In this document: piece after piece, positions 9,190-18,434 of the stretch
Position numbering within the stretch: the first letter of the stretch is position 1
Layout of the letters: each line of letters opens with the position of its first letter
Virus record (IMG/VR): IMGVR_UViG_3300022752_000035
Location: 1-64,000 of that record
From: a virus
Reading direction: 5' to 3' (one strand)
DNA: 64,000 nt
Program-made: the position numbers and the translations under genes
The notes under the pieces: generated by a model
The model's database searches: none
Told to the model about the DNA's origin: nothing
The model's input: only the letters and a program-made list of their open reading frames with translations

Positions 9190-10578
9190 ATGGTTAATAA
9201 TGTTTTAATTCCAGATCCATCCGAGAAAAGAATATCTCTCGTTTATAATAGTGATAGCGGAGCATTTCAAGCTCTTGATTTTAGTAAAATAGACGATATT
9301 GAAAATATTCTTACAAATGGAATAAATGTTAATGTAGCAAATTTTGCAGCTCAATCAGCGTATGTTGATGCATTTGGCCGTCAAAGAATTTCTAGCCCAT
9401 TTACATTAGCAGATTATTCTCACGTTTATGGAGAAGAAACCGAACTATTAACTAAAACAAGCGGAAATGCTTCATCTGTTACTTTTAATATTAATAAAGC
9501 AAAAGCTGTATTAACAATTGGTACTGGAGTTAATGATTATGCTATTCATCAAAGCAGAATGTATCATCATTATATGCCAGGAAAAAGTCAATTAATTTTT
9601 GAAAGTTTTAATTTTGGCGCTGCAAGATCTGGCACAAATAAAAGAATTGGTCTTTTTGATGATTATAATGGAATATTTTTTCAACAAAGTGGAGATGAAA
9701 CATTATCTATAGTTTTAAGAACTGACATTTCTGGCTCAGTTCAAGAAGACATTATCCCACAAAGTTCTTGGAATATTGATAAATGCAATGGAAGCGGTTC
9801 TTCAACTTTTAATTTAGATCCTACAAAAACTCAACTATTTACTGCAGATTTTCAATGGCTAGGAGTTGGAAGAGTAAGAGCTGGATTTGTACATAATGGA
9901 AATGTAGTTATTGCACATGAATTTTATAATAGCAATAATAAAGATTCTGTATATTGGAGTAATCCAAATTTACCAATTAGATGTGAATTAAGAAATTATG
10001 CAAGTGGCGCAGGAATAACTGGATCAATGGATCAAATTTGTGCTACAGTAATTAGCGAAGGTGGATATAATGAAGCGGGAGTAGATTTTTCAGCAAGAAA
10101 TCTTACAGCAAGATCAGTACCTACAACTAGTCAACTTCCATTAGTTGCAATAGCACTTAAAACTGGATATTATGACAAACCAAATCGAAGCGTTGTTAGA
10201 CCAAATATGGCTAATATTTATACGGCTACTAATGAAATAACTTATGAACTTTGGAGAATTCCAAGTACTGGCCAAATAATTGGTGGCGCTTGGGTAAGTG
10301 CAAATAATGATAGTGTTGTTCAATATAATATTAGTGCAACAAGTGTTAATTTTACTAGTGGTATGCTAATAGATGCTGGATATTGTATTGCTGGAGGTCA
10401 AGGAGCAGGAAAATTTAGCGCTCAATCTCAAATACAAACTTTATCAAGCGCAAAAAGAGGTTATATTAGTCAAAATATTGATAGTACAGATAGTAATGTT
10501 TTTGTTATAGTTGGATCTGGAATTGGTGGTGGAGCCAGTAATACATTCGCATCAATTCAATGGCGAGAAACTAGATAA
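9190..10578 (+). CDS. Probable virion protein with lectin/jelly-roll-like beta domain
   Basis: DAFGRQRIS, YMPGKSQ and FQWLGVGRVRAG motifs typical of a widespread phage structural family; GTGTAA upstream. Confidence 0.6.
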   Translation: MVNNVLIPDPSEKRISLVYNSDSGAFQALDFSKIDDIENILTNGINVNVANFAAQSAYVDAFGRQRISSPFTLADYSHVYGEETELLTKTSGNASSVTFNINKAKAVLTIGTGVNDYAIHQSRMYHHYMPGKSQLIFESFNFGAARSGTNKRIGLFDDYNGIFFQQSGDETLSIVLRTDISGSVQEDIIPQSSWNIDKCNGSGSSTFNLDPTKTQLFTADFQWLGVGRVRAGFVHNGNVVIAHEFYNSNNKDSVYWSNPNLPIRCELRNYASGAGITGSMDQICATVISEGGYNEAGVDFSARNLTARSVPTTSQLPLVAIALKTGYYDKPNRSVVRPNMANIYTATNEITYELWRIPSTGQIIGGAWVSANNDSVVQYNISATSVNFTSGMLIDAGYCIAGGQGAGKFSAQSQIQTLSSAKRGYISQNIDSTDSNVFVIVGSGIGGGASNTFASIQWRETR

Positions 10579-10610
10579 TATTTAATATTTTTTAGTGTAA
10601 TATTAGTATT

Positions 10611-11012
10611 ATGGCAAATATCAATATTAATGACCCATCCGAAAAGAGAATATCTTTAGTTTACGATCCTAGCACAGACTCTTATAAAGCTCAAGAAGCT
10701 ATAACAGTAGATGATTTAACATCTAAAGGTTCCACAATGTCTAATTTTACAGTTAGTGGATCAAATGGCACGGTTTTGACCCCAAATTCAGATAGAGAAG
10801 AATTATATGTTCAAAATCTCGCTACAGGTACACTTTTTGTAAAATATGGAGTTGGCGCGCATAGCAGTAGTTTTAATTTTGTTTTAGCTGGTAATACAGC
10901 TGCGAATGCTGGAGATGGTGGAAGTATTAGTGATTTAAATTATACTGGCTTAGTAAGCGTAAGCGGAGCAAATGCTCTAACACCAAATTATATTGCTTGG
11001 GAACGTTCATAA
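10611..11012 (+). CDS. Small beta-rich probable virion protein
   Basis: Shares the N-terminal DPSEKRISLVY motif with 9190; REELYVQN...TLFVKYG; GTGTAA 10 nt upstream. Confidence 0.6.
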   Translation: MANININDPSEKRISLVYDPSTDSYKAQEAITVDDLTSKGSTMSNFTVSGSNGTVLTPNSDREELYVQNLATGTLFVKYGVGAHSSSFNFVLAGNTAANAGDGGSISDLNYTGLVSVSGANALTPNYIAWERS

Positions 11013-11013
11013 T

Positions 11014-11331
11014 ATGAGAAAAGAACTAGAAATAGATTTCTCTTCTAGTTTTTCTGCTGAAAAGAAAAAAGGTAAAGCACCACTTAATAAACCATTTCGT
11101 CTTCCTTCTGGAAGTAAAAAGAAATTTGGCGTATATGTCAAAAATGATAAAGGTAATGTTGTAATGGTAAAATTTGGTGATCCAAACCTTCGCATTAAAG
11201 ACAATATTCCAGGAAAAAGAAAAAATTTTAGGGCAAGACATAGATGCGATTCAGATCCAAAAGCAAAAGATAAAACTACCCCGAAATATTGGTCCTGTAG
11301 GCAATGGTCCAGTAAAAAATTTGATATTTAA
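11014..11331 (+). CDS. Basic conserved phage protein (start reassigned to ATG 11014)
   Basis: KKFGVYVKN...VKFGDP...RKNFRARHRCD...YWSC, a motif set common in large phage genomes. Confidence 0.7.
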   Translation: MRKELEIDFSSSFSAEKKKGKAPLNKPFRLPSGSKKKFGVYVKNDKGNVVMVKFGDPNLRIKDNIPGKRKNFRARHRCDSDPKAKDKTTPKYWSCRQWSSKKFDI

Positions 11332-12002
11332 TGAATGTTTTTTATAACTACATAGCTTATATTAATGATAAGCCAATATATGTAGGCAAGGGGAAAAATA
11401 AAAGATACATTCATTGTTATAAAAAATTTCCTAATTGTATTGTAAAATTATACAATCAAAATTCTTCTGAAAAAGAAGCCTTTAATTGGGAAATAAATAA
11501 AATAGAAGAAATTGGACTTGAAAATTTAGCTAATAAAGTCCCTGGAGGTTTTGGCGTTGATACAATCTCTAAAAATCCAAATAAACATGATATATGCAAA
11601 CGAATTTCTGAAACAGTTAAAAAGTTACATAAAAATGGCGTTTATCCGCCAAAATATTGGCTAAATGGAGTTAAAGGTATGTTGTCAAAGGAGTCCGTTA
11701 GAAAACGCACTGAGACACAAAAAGGAGTTAAAAAATACATAAAAAATAAAGAAGCATGGAGAAAGAAAATTTCTGAATCATTAAAAGGAGAAAAACATCC
11801 AATGTTTGGTAAAAAATCTTGGAATTCAGGCAAAAAAATGCATATTAAAAATTTAGAATTGGCCAATCAGCGAAAATCTCAAGCAGCCAAAAATAGAAAA
11901 AAATTTAAATGCCAACATTGTTCCTCTATTAAAGAATATGACGCGGGAAATTTATCTAAACATATAAAAGCTTATCATACAAATAATCCAGAAAAAGTGT
12001 AA
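11331..12002 (+). CDS. GIY-YIG-like homing endonuclease with NUMOD3 motif and C-terminal C2H2 finger
   Basis: YNY...IYVGKGKNKR, EKEAFNWE, LANKVPGG; KKISESLKGEKHPMFGKK; CQHC...HIKAYH. Confidence 0.7.
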   Translation: MNVFYNYIAYINDKPIYVGKGKNKRYIHCYKKFPNCIVKLYNQNSSEKEAFNWEINKIEEIGLENLANKVPGGFGVDTISKNPNKHDICKRISETVKKLHKNGVYPPKYWLNGVKGMLSKESVRKRTETQKGVKKYIKNKEAWRKKISESLKGEKHPMFGKKSWNSGKKMHIKNLELANQRKSQAAKNRKKFKCQHCSSIKEYDAGNLSKHIKAYHTNNPEKV

Positions 12003-12012
12003 TATATTACAT

Positions 12013-12819
12013 ATGCTTCCAGAAGAAATTAATTTCGAAGTAGAAGTTCAAGCTAAAAGCAAAGGTCTTTGGTACAATATTCAACAAAAGAAAAAAAGAA
12101 TGGGTAAAAACTATCGTCCAGCACCAGAAGGCTCTAAAGATCGTCCAACCCAAGAAGCTATTAAAAAAGCCCAAGCTAGTGATTATTTAAATGAAGAATA
12201 CGAATGGGATGGCGAAACAGAATTTGATCAATCTGAATTATTAAAAATGGATCAAACCCTCGCTCAAGTTGAAGAAGTAGAAGATGAATATGAAGACTAT
12301 AAAGATGATTTTTATGAAATGATTGTTGGATCTATTACTTCTATCGAAGTTCATGCTCAAAATATTTTAAATAAATTAAATGATCCAATGGTACAAGAAA
12401 ACCTTACAGAACCATTTCTGCAACAAATGGCAGCATTAGCAGAAGATTATATGATTACAATTCATAATTTTGTAATGTTTAATAAAGAAAATGAAAATAT
12501 GCAAGAGAGCGAAGCATCTGCTATATTTAAAGTTGGAGATAAAGTCCGTAATATAAATGCAAATTGTAAACATTATAGCAGTGAAGGTACAGTTAAAGAA
12601 ATTCGTGAACTTCCAGAAAATATGGGATATGCAGTTATATATGAATGTTCAAATAATGGTCCAACTTGGAAAGCTGGTGATATGCTAGGAAAAACAGAAA
12701 TACAACTTCAAAAAATTAGCGAAGCAAAATGGAGCAAAGAATACAAAGATAGTATCGACTGTAATAATCCAAAAGGCTTTTCTCAAAAAGCTCATTGTCA
12801 AAGTCTAAAAAAGAAATAA
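12013..12819 (+). CDS. Modular phage protein with basic ends, acidic middle and an SH3-like domain
   Basis: KGLWYNIQQKKKR; FKVGDKVRN; KWSKEYKDSIDCNNPKGFSQKAHC; GTGTAA upstream. Confidence 0.65.
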   Translation: MLPEEINFEVEVQAKSKGLWYNIQQKKKRMGKNYRPAPEGSKDRPTQEAIKKAQASDYLNEEYEWDGETEFDQSELLKMDQTLAQVEEVEDEYEDYKDDFYEMIVGSITSIEVHAQNILNKLNDPMVQENLTEPFLQQMAALAEDYMITIHNFVMFNKENENMQESEASAIFKVGDKVRNINANCKHYSSEGTVKEIRELPENMGYAVIYECSNNGPTWKAGDMLGKTEIQLQKISEAKWSKEYKDSIDCNNPKGFSQKAHCQSLKKK

Positions 12820-12823
12820 TCTT

Positions 12824-13204
12824 ATGGCAAATGAAGGCCTTATCTTTCCAAAACTAAACGAAAGACAAAAAGATCTTTATCTTAAAATTATTACTAATCT
12901 TCAAACTTATGGTTATTTTGATAGAGGAGTTGGTGCTAATGGAATCCATTATGCAGGGGCATCTCAAAATCCATTTAAAGAACAAGGTATAGATTGTGAG
13001 AATTGTGTATTTTATTATCTTGAAGGAGATGCTCCAAGATGTGAATTAGTGCAAGGAGCAATTGAACCAGAAGCAATTTGTAAATTTTGGATTATAAGTG
13101 AAGAAGATATCAGAAAAGAATCACAAGCAGCTTTTAAAGTTTTAAATAAAAAAGATAAAGTTTTTGAATTGAATTATAATATTGAAAATAAGAAAAAAAA
13201 TTAA
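12824..13204 (+). CDS. HiPIP-like 4-Cys (putative Fe-S) protein
   Basis: CENCVFY...CELVQGAIEPEAICKFW matches high-potential iron-sulfur protein Cys spacing. Confidence 0.55.
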   Translation: MANEGLIFPKLNERQKDLYLKIITNLQTYGYFDRGVGANGIHYAGASQNPFKEQGIDCENCVFYYLEGDAPRCELVQGAIEPEAICKFWIISEEDIRKESQAAFKVLNKKDKVFELNYNIENKKKN

Positions 13205-13715
13205 AAAATGTTTTGGTAAATTAAAACTAATTTTAGTTGGACTCGCAGTAATAATATCTTGGTGGTTTTTCTTTAAATGGGGATTTAATTTTAAACATTA
13301 TACATCAGTAACAAATATACCAAATTCTTGCTTTGTTGATTCTTTGATTTGGGCATCTAAATGTAATTTTTATCTCAAAACTCATACAGAGGTTTGGAAT
13401 ACAATATACTGTTTTACATATTCTTATAAAGATGATCCAGATCTAATTATAGGTCATGCTGTTACAATATTTGAATATGCAAATTCTTTATGGATGTATG
13501 ACCCAAATTGGGGAACTATGCCTATTGCTTCTGCTTTCAACAGAGAAGAATATCAAGAAAAAATAAAACTATACATTACTAAAACTTATGGTATAATAGT
13601 TAAAGAAGGATTTTTTGCAGATGATTGGATATATGTGCAAAGATTAAAAGAAAAAAAGATGAACGAAACTAAACCAGAGGTGTCTATTCATTTAGATGAA
13701 CTCAAAAAGGAGTAA
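13182..13715 (+). CDS. Membrane-anchored transglutaminase/papain-like protein
   Basis: N-terminal TM helix, then a C-H-D triad pattern NSCF...GHAV...MYDPNWG. Confidence 0.5.
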   Translation: MKIRKKIKKCFGKLKLILVGLAVIISWWFFFKWGFNFKHYTSVTNIPNSCFVDSLIWASKCNFYLKTHTEVWNTIYCFTYSYKDDPDLIIGHAVTIFEYANSLWMYDPNWGTMPIASAFNREEYQEKIKLYITKTYGIIVKEGFFADDWIYVQRLKEKKMNETKPEVSIHLDELKKE

Positions 13716-13721
13716 GGAAAT

Positions 13722-16415
13722 ATGAAAATAAACCTATTAAAAGGGTTACTAAAAAATACAGCCGCAAATTTAATTGCGGCTTTTTTAATGTCTGGATCTC
13801 TAGGAAATTCCGCTGTGTTTTTATGGAACAACACAGGATCAGCATGGACATCGGGCACAAGCTGGACAAATGGAGTTCAGCCTTCGTCTACAAGCTCTAG
13901 TACGACTACTGATGAAGTGCAGTTTGGTAATGTTGGAGTTAATTTTAATACTGTTGATTTGACCTCTAGTAGATCCGTTAAGAATCTTACATTTTTAACA
14001 AATGCAAATGCTTATACTATCACAACATCATCAGCGAAAGTATTGACCATAAGCGCAGGGCTCACCAATAACTCTACCGCTACTCAAACATTTAATCTCA
14101 CAGTAGAAAATGCTAATGCTAATAATACTTGGTATCAAACTGCTGGAGGTTCTATGGTGTTTAATAATTTAGTTACTTTAACAACATCTTCATCTAGCAC
14201 ATCTAGGACATTAACATTAGCAGGTGGGGGAACTTTTACATTTAATAATTCTTTAAGTCAAGGAGGTACTTCTACTGCTGGTAAAGTAATTATTAATAAT
14301 GCAGGGGGTACAGTTAATCTTAGTAGTCCGAATACGCTTGGAGGGGGAATCCAAATAATCGCTGGAACTGTTAATTTTAGTAATGCTGGATCATTAGGCA
14401 CAGGTACATTAGAATTAAGTTCTACAACAGGCGCCTCTTATGGTAATAGTATATTAAATAATACTAGCGGATCAGCTATAACATTAACAGGAATCACAGG
14501 AGTATTATGGTCAGGTGTTTCACCTGCTGGGATTCAAATTGGAACGTCGTCTAGCACTTCTGCAAATAATATAGACTTCGGGACAGGCTTAGTAACTACA
14601 ACAACATCCAGAGCAATGAATATTGCAGGAACTGGCGTTACAGTATCTATGGGTATTCTAACAACTACAGGTACTTCAAATGGTTATGTATATACATTTG
14701 ATGGTTTAGGTAATACTATAGACTTAGATGGATGGAAAATTAGCACAGCATCTGCACCGATACAAAATGTTGTTCATCAATTAAAAGGTACTGCTAATGT
14801 TACGATTGGTCTAATTGAAAATGGTACTGCGGGTTGGACTAATGGCGTTGAATTTAATAGCACAGGCACTACAAGAGTAACTGGTAATAACACATATACT
14901 GGTACTACTGGTTATCTTGCTGGAACTAATATTGTTTCTGGTAACAATAGTGCTGCTACTGGTGCTGTTACCATATCAGGCCCTTCAGGTACTACTAAAA
15001 CACCATATGTAAGGTTGGATACAACTAATGCTATTTCTGCTGCTAGTCAAATATCTGGTTCAAGCAGTACTGCAGTTGTAGGTACATTAGACTTTAATGG
15101 CGGTACAGACTATGTATTAAATAGCTTTGGTGGTGGTAATATGAATTTTACTAATTCATTTGCATCACCAGTAACTGTTACTTTCACAAATGCTAATAAC
15201 ATATTGACTTCATCTTCTGGTTCTAGTGGAGGTAGATTAATTTATAATTTAAGCACTAATCTTTTAGTAGTAATGAATGGTGGGCTAGATATTGGATCTT
15301 CTGCTACAGGTATTACTAATACAATTGGTGGTGCTGGCACATGGGATATTAAGGGCGATATTGTTAACAATTCTACAGGCTCTGTAAGAGCATTAAGAAA
15401 AAACGGGACAGGTCTTCTTACTTTAGAAGGAAACAACACATACAATGGTGATACTTCTATTGAAGGTGGCACTTTACAATTACTTGGCACACTAACAAAT
15501 AGTATTGCACAAATAAATGGTGGAACTTTTGATAATAGAGGTACAGCAAATGTAGTTAACCTAAATAGCGGAGTATTTGATTTGAGAGGTACAGCTGGAA
15601 CATTTACTTTAGCAACGGGCACAGCCACAGTAAGATCAGGAGCAACTTTAGGTGATAGCACTCTGAATGGTGGTTTATTAGATGTATATGGAACTGTAGG
15701 ATCTGTAGCGGTTAATTCAAATAGTGTTATTAACGTAAAGAATGGCGGAAGAGTTGGAAGTACGACTGTAGGTGGAGGCACACTTTTAGTAGATGGCACA
15801 GCTGGAGTGACGACAGTAAATTCTGGAACTAGTACCGTTAATAGTGGGGGTGTTATTGGTAATGCTGTCATCAATGGAAGTTTATTGTCTGTAAATGGTA
15901 CAGCTGGAAATATAACAGTAAATACTGGTGGAACTTTAGGAGGATCTGGTTCTGTAGGAGATGTATTATTGAATGGTGGCACATTATCTCCAGGCAATAG
16001 TCCAGGTTTACTAACGACCTCTAGTTTAGATGCATCTAATGGTAATTTTATTTTTCAATTAGGAGCGCCTATAACTAGAGGAGTAACTTATGATGCAATA
16101 GATGTAACTAATCTATTAAAATTAGGAACAAATACAACTTGGCAATTTCAAATTGATAATGGTTATGTTTTTCAAATGAACGATGCTTATGATTTATTTA
16201 ATTGGGGATCTATTGATACTACTGGATTTGATATAACTATATTTCAAACAGCATTACCAAATCTTGATTCAGCAAATACAAATTTGCAATGGGATACTAA
16301 TAATTTTACTACTGATGGTACAATTATGATTATACCTGAACCTTCTCCATTTGGACTTTTAGTACTTGGAGGAACTGCTTTATATGCTCTTAGGAGATTA
16401 AGAAGAAATGGATAA
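13722..16415 (+). CDS. PEP-CTERM surface protein with autotransporter-associated beta-strand repeats
   Basis: Signal-like N-terminus; KNGTGLLTLEGNNTYNGDTSIEGGTL and TGNNTYTGTT repeats; LSPGNSPGLLT; C-terminal IPEPS, TM helix and RRLRR. Strong SD (AAGGAG...AAGGA). Confidence 0.9.
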   Translation: MKINLLKGLLKNTAANLIAAFLMSGSLGNSAVFLWNNTGSAWTSGTSWTNGVQPSSTSSSTTTDEVQFGNVGVNFNTVDLTSSRSVKNLTFLTNANAYTITTSSAKVLTISAGLTNNSTATQTFNLTVENANANNTWYQTAGGSMVFNNLVTLTTSSSSTSRTLTLAGGGTFTFNNSLSQGGTSTAGKVIINNAGGTVNLSSPNTLGGGIQIIAGTVNFSNAGSLGTGTLELSSTTGASYGNSILNNTSGSAITLTGITGVLWSGVSPAGIQIGTSSSTSANNIDFGTGLVTTTTSRAMNIAGTGVTVSMGILTTTGTSNGYVYTFDGLGNTIDLDGWKISTASAPIQNVVHQLKGTANVTIGLIENGTAGWTNGVEFNSTGTTRVTGNNTYTGTTGYLAGTNIVSGNNSAATGAVTISGPSGTTKTPYVRLDTTNAISAASQISGSSSTAVVGTLDFNGGTDYVLNSFGGGNMNFTNSFASPVTVTFTNANNILTSSSGSSGGRLIYNLSTNLLVVMNGGLDIGSSATGITNTIGGAGTWDIKGDIVNNSTGSVRALRKNGTGLLTLEGNNTYNGDTSIEGGTLQLLGTLTNSIAQINGGTFDNRGTANVVNLNSGVFDLRGTAGTFTLATGTATVRSGATLGDSTLNGGLLDVYGTVGSVAVNSNSVINVKNGGRVGSTTVGGGTLLVDGTAGVTTVNSGTSTVNSGGVIGNAVINGSLLSVNGTAGNITVNTGGTLGGSGSVGDVLLNGGTLSPGNSPGLLTTSSLDASNGNFIFQLGAPITRGVTYDAIDVTNLLKLGTNTTWQFQIDNGYVFQMNDAYDLFNWGSIDTTGFDITIFQTALPNLDSANTNLQWDTNNFTTDGTIMIIPEPSPFGLLVLGGTALYALRRLRRNG

Positions 16416-16647
16416 TAGATTGAAAACTTTATTAAAAGAAACTTATTATATTCCTACTTCTGAACAAACAGAAAAGTTTATACATAACTTTCATCAATAT
16501 AGAGCAAAAAAGAAAGCAGAAGAAAAAACATATTATTCATTAGCATTAGTAATTTTATTGATTGTTACTTTATTAGGATCAATAGCTATAAAAGAAACAA
16601 AAAATAATTTAGATATTCAAACTGCATCAGGTCAAGTTCAAAAATGA
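16408..16647 (+). CDS. Small single-TM protein
   Basis: 79 aa with TM LALVILLIVTLLGSIAI; overlaps the PEP-CTERM stop. Confidence 0.6.
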   Translation: MDNRLKTLLKETYYIPTSEQTEKFIHNFHQYRAKKKAEEKTYYSLALVILLIVTLLGSIAIKETKNNLDIQTASGQVQK

Positions 16648-16958
16648 AATCTTTTATATTATCAGATTTATTATTTTATTTTATGTTATTTCCAATAGCT
16701 TATGTTTGCGCGTTTATTTATATGAAAGATATTAAACCAGAAAAACAATATGATCTAGGTCTTGATTTTGAATACGTACAAGTTGACGAAGGATCATCTT
16801 TTGTATCTCACGCAGAACCAATAGGGCAAAATAGTCAACCTTGGATGTTAAGTTTGGTGGGAAAACCAAAATCGACTATAGACACAAATCAGCATTATAT
16901 AATGGTTGGATATATGATGAAACAAATAAGATTAAGGACAAATTTATGCAAAAATTAA
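16644..16958 (+). CDS. Small single-TM protein
   Basis: N-terminal hydrophobic helix; ATGA overlap with the previous gene. Confidence 0.55.
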   Translation: MKSFILSDLLFYFMLFPIAYVCAFIYMKDIKPEKQYDLGLDFEYVQVDEGSSFVSHAEPIGQNSQPWMLSLVGKPKSTIDTNQHYIMVGYMMKQIRLRTNLCKN

Positions 16959-17263
16959 TTTATATAATACTAGCCGCTTTAGCATTAACTATCCATGCTT
17001 ATACAGAAAATCAAATTAGAGTTTCATTAAAAAGAAATAATAAGGGTGAAATTCTTTTGAGTATAGATGGACATACTTCTCCAGTAATAGTTGAGATGGA
17101 TGGTAAAACTACAATGTTTAATGTAGGAGATAAAGAATTAAATATAGATGAAGCATTAAGTGTCGAATTAGATACATCAAGCGGTAAAGAGCAATCTAAT
17201 ATAGATAATCAAATCCCTCCAGTTATGAGTAATTTTAATCCTCCATTAGCTACCCCATACTAG
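16946..17263 (+). CDS. Secreted protein (start reassigned to ATG 16946)
   Basis: AAGGA SD upstream; MQKLIYIILAALALTIHA resembles a signal peptide. Confidence 0.55.
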   Translation: MQKLIYIILAALALTIHAYTENQIRVSLKRNNKGEILLSIDGHTSPVIVEMDGKTTMFNVGDKELNIDEALSVELDTSSGKEQSNIDNQIPPVMSNFNPPLATPY

Positions 17264-17278
17264 TGTAAAGAGTATGTT

Positions 17279-17545
17279 ATGTTTAATAAAACATTAAATT
17301 GGTGGAATAATTTAAAATATTACGATAAAGTTTTCTTTATTACATTTATTCCAGCTATGCTATTCACTCTTTGGGGTGTGAGTGATCTTTATATTAATTA
17401 TTTTGATGAATTAACAAAAGAAGATCATATGCAGTTTTTTTTGAGAATATTTTTTCCTATTAGTTTAGCTACATTAGTAACAGTTTTAGAACGTAGAAAA
17501 AGAAATAAATTAATAAAAGATATTAAAGATTACCTTGATAAATAA
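17279..17545 (+). CDS. Two-TM membrane protein
   Basis: Two hydrophobic helices and a basic C-terminus; GTGTAA 10 nt upstream. Confidence 0.6.
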   Translation: MFNKTLNWWNNLKYYDKVFFITFIPAMLFTLWGVSDLYINYFDELTKEDHMQFFLRIFFPISLATLVTVLERRKRNKLIKDIKDYLDK

Positions 17546-17620
17546 CTATTTTAATCTTTCAATAAGATAAAATATATAAATAAAAACAGCAACACAAATT
17601 AATGTCGAAGAAAGAGTCAT
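17546..17620 (-). CDS. 24-aa hydrophobic micropeptide (absent from the ORF track)
   Basis: MTLSSTLICVAVFIYIFYLIERLK*; GTGTAA motif (17636-17631) 10 nt upstream of the ATG. Confidence 0.45.
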   Translation of the reverse strand: MTLSSTLICVAVFIYIFYLIERLK

Positions 17621-17689
17621 ATATAAATTTTTACACATAACATTTAATATTATATTAAATTAATCGATAGTGTAATTTATTTATATATA

Positions 17690-18376
17690 ATGAGTTTTAT
17701 TATTAAAAAATCTTTAGATATAGATAGCCTATATAATCCTGTTGCTTATTGGCTTCTAGAAGAATCTTCTGGAAATAGGCTAGATATAACTAATAATGGT
17801 TGGACTTTACAAGAAGGAAGTTCTGTCCCAAATACTACTGGGAAATTAGGATTTGCTGCAGAATTTAATAATAGTAATAATACTTCATATTTGGAGAATA
17901 CAAATTTATCTTTAGGTGATACATTTTCAATATCTTGTTGGATAAAACTTTATAATGTTGGTCCAACTCAATGCTTTTGGGGAACAGGAGGAAATGGTGG
18001 AGATCTAATCTCTTTCTATTCAGAACCAAATTTTACTTTATATAATGATCGATCTTCAGATATAGATACTGGATTTAGCCCCCAACCAAATATTTGGTAT
18101 CATGCAGTGAGTATAGTAACCCCAACAGAAATGAAACTATATATTAATGGTAATTTAGCAGGAAGTTTATCTCAAAACATATCGAATAGTTGGACAGGAT
18201 TTGCACTTTCAGATTTTAAAATACTTGGTGGACATAATTTTCAAATAGATGGAGCCATAGATGAAGTTGGAATTTGGAATTTTAATTTATCAGAGACTCA
18301 AATTAAAAATTTATATAATATATTAACAAATATATTAATAAATAGATTAATAGTCAAAAAAATAGTAAATTTATAG
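17690..18376 (+). CDS. LamG / concanavalin A-like lectin domain protein
   Basis: VAYWLLEESSG, FSISCWIK, WYHAV, LYINGNL, GAIDEVGIWN. Confidence 0.85.
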   Translation: MSFIIKKSLDIDSLYNPVAYWLLEESSGNRLDITNNGWTLQEGSSVPNTTGKLGFAAEFNNSNNTSYLENTNLSLGDTFSISCWIKLYNVGPTQCFWGTGGNGGDLISFYSEPNFTLYNDRSSDIDTGFSPQPNIWYHAVSIVTPTEMKLYINGNLAGSLSQNISNSWTGFALSDFKILGGHNFQIDGAIDEVGIWNFNLSETQIKNLYNILTNILINRLIVKKIVNL

Positions 18377-18434
18377 TAAAAAAATAATTAGATATTCTAA
18401 TTAAGTTGATCCAAAAAAATGTGTAATATTACAT

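Noticed and set aside
13182-13715. Phage-encoded exosortase for the PEP-CTERM protein
   Set aside because: Only one TM helix and a C-H-D pattern; exosortases are multi-pass membrane proteins with a Cys-Arg-His triad.
15242-15997. 251-aa minus-strand ORF, and other antisense ORFs such as 1960, 3172, 18554, 47762, 48932, 49766
   Set aside because: Antisense shadows of Gly/Thr-rich genes, with no motifs or promoters.
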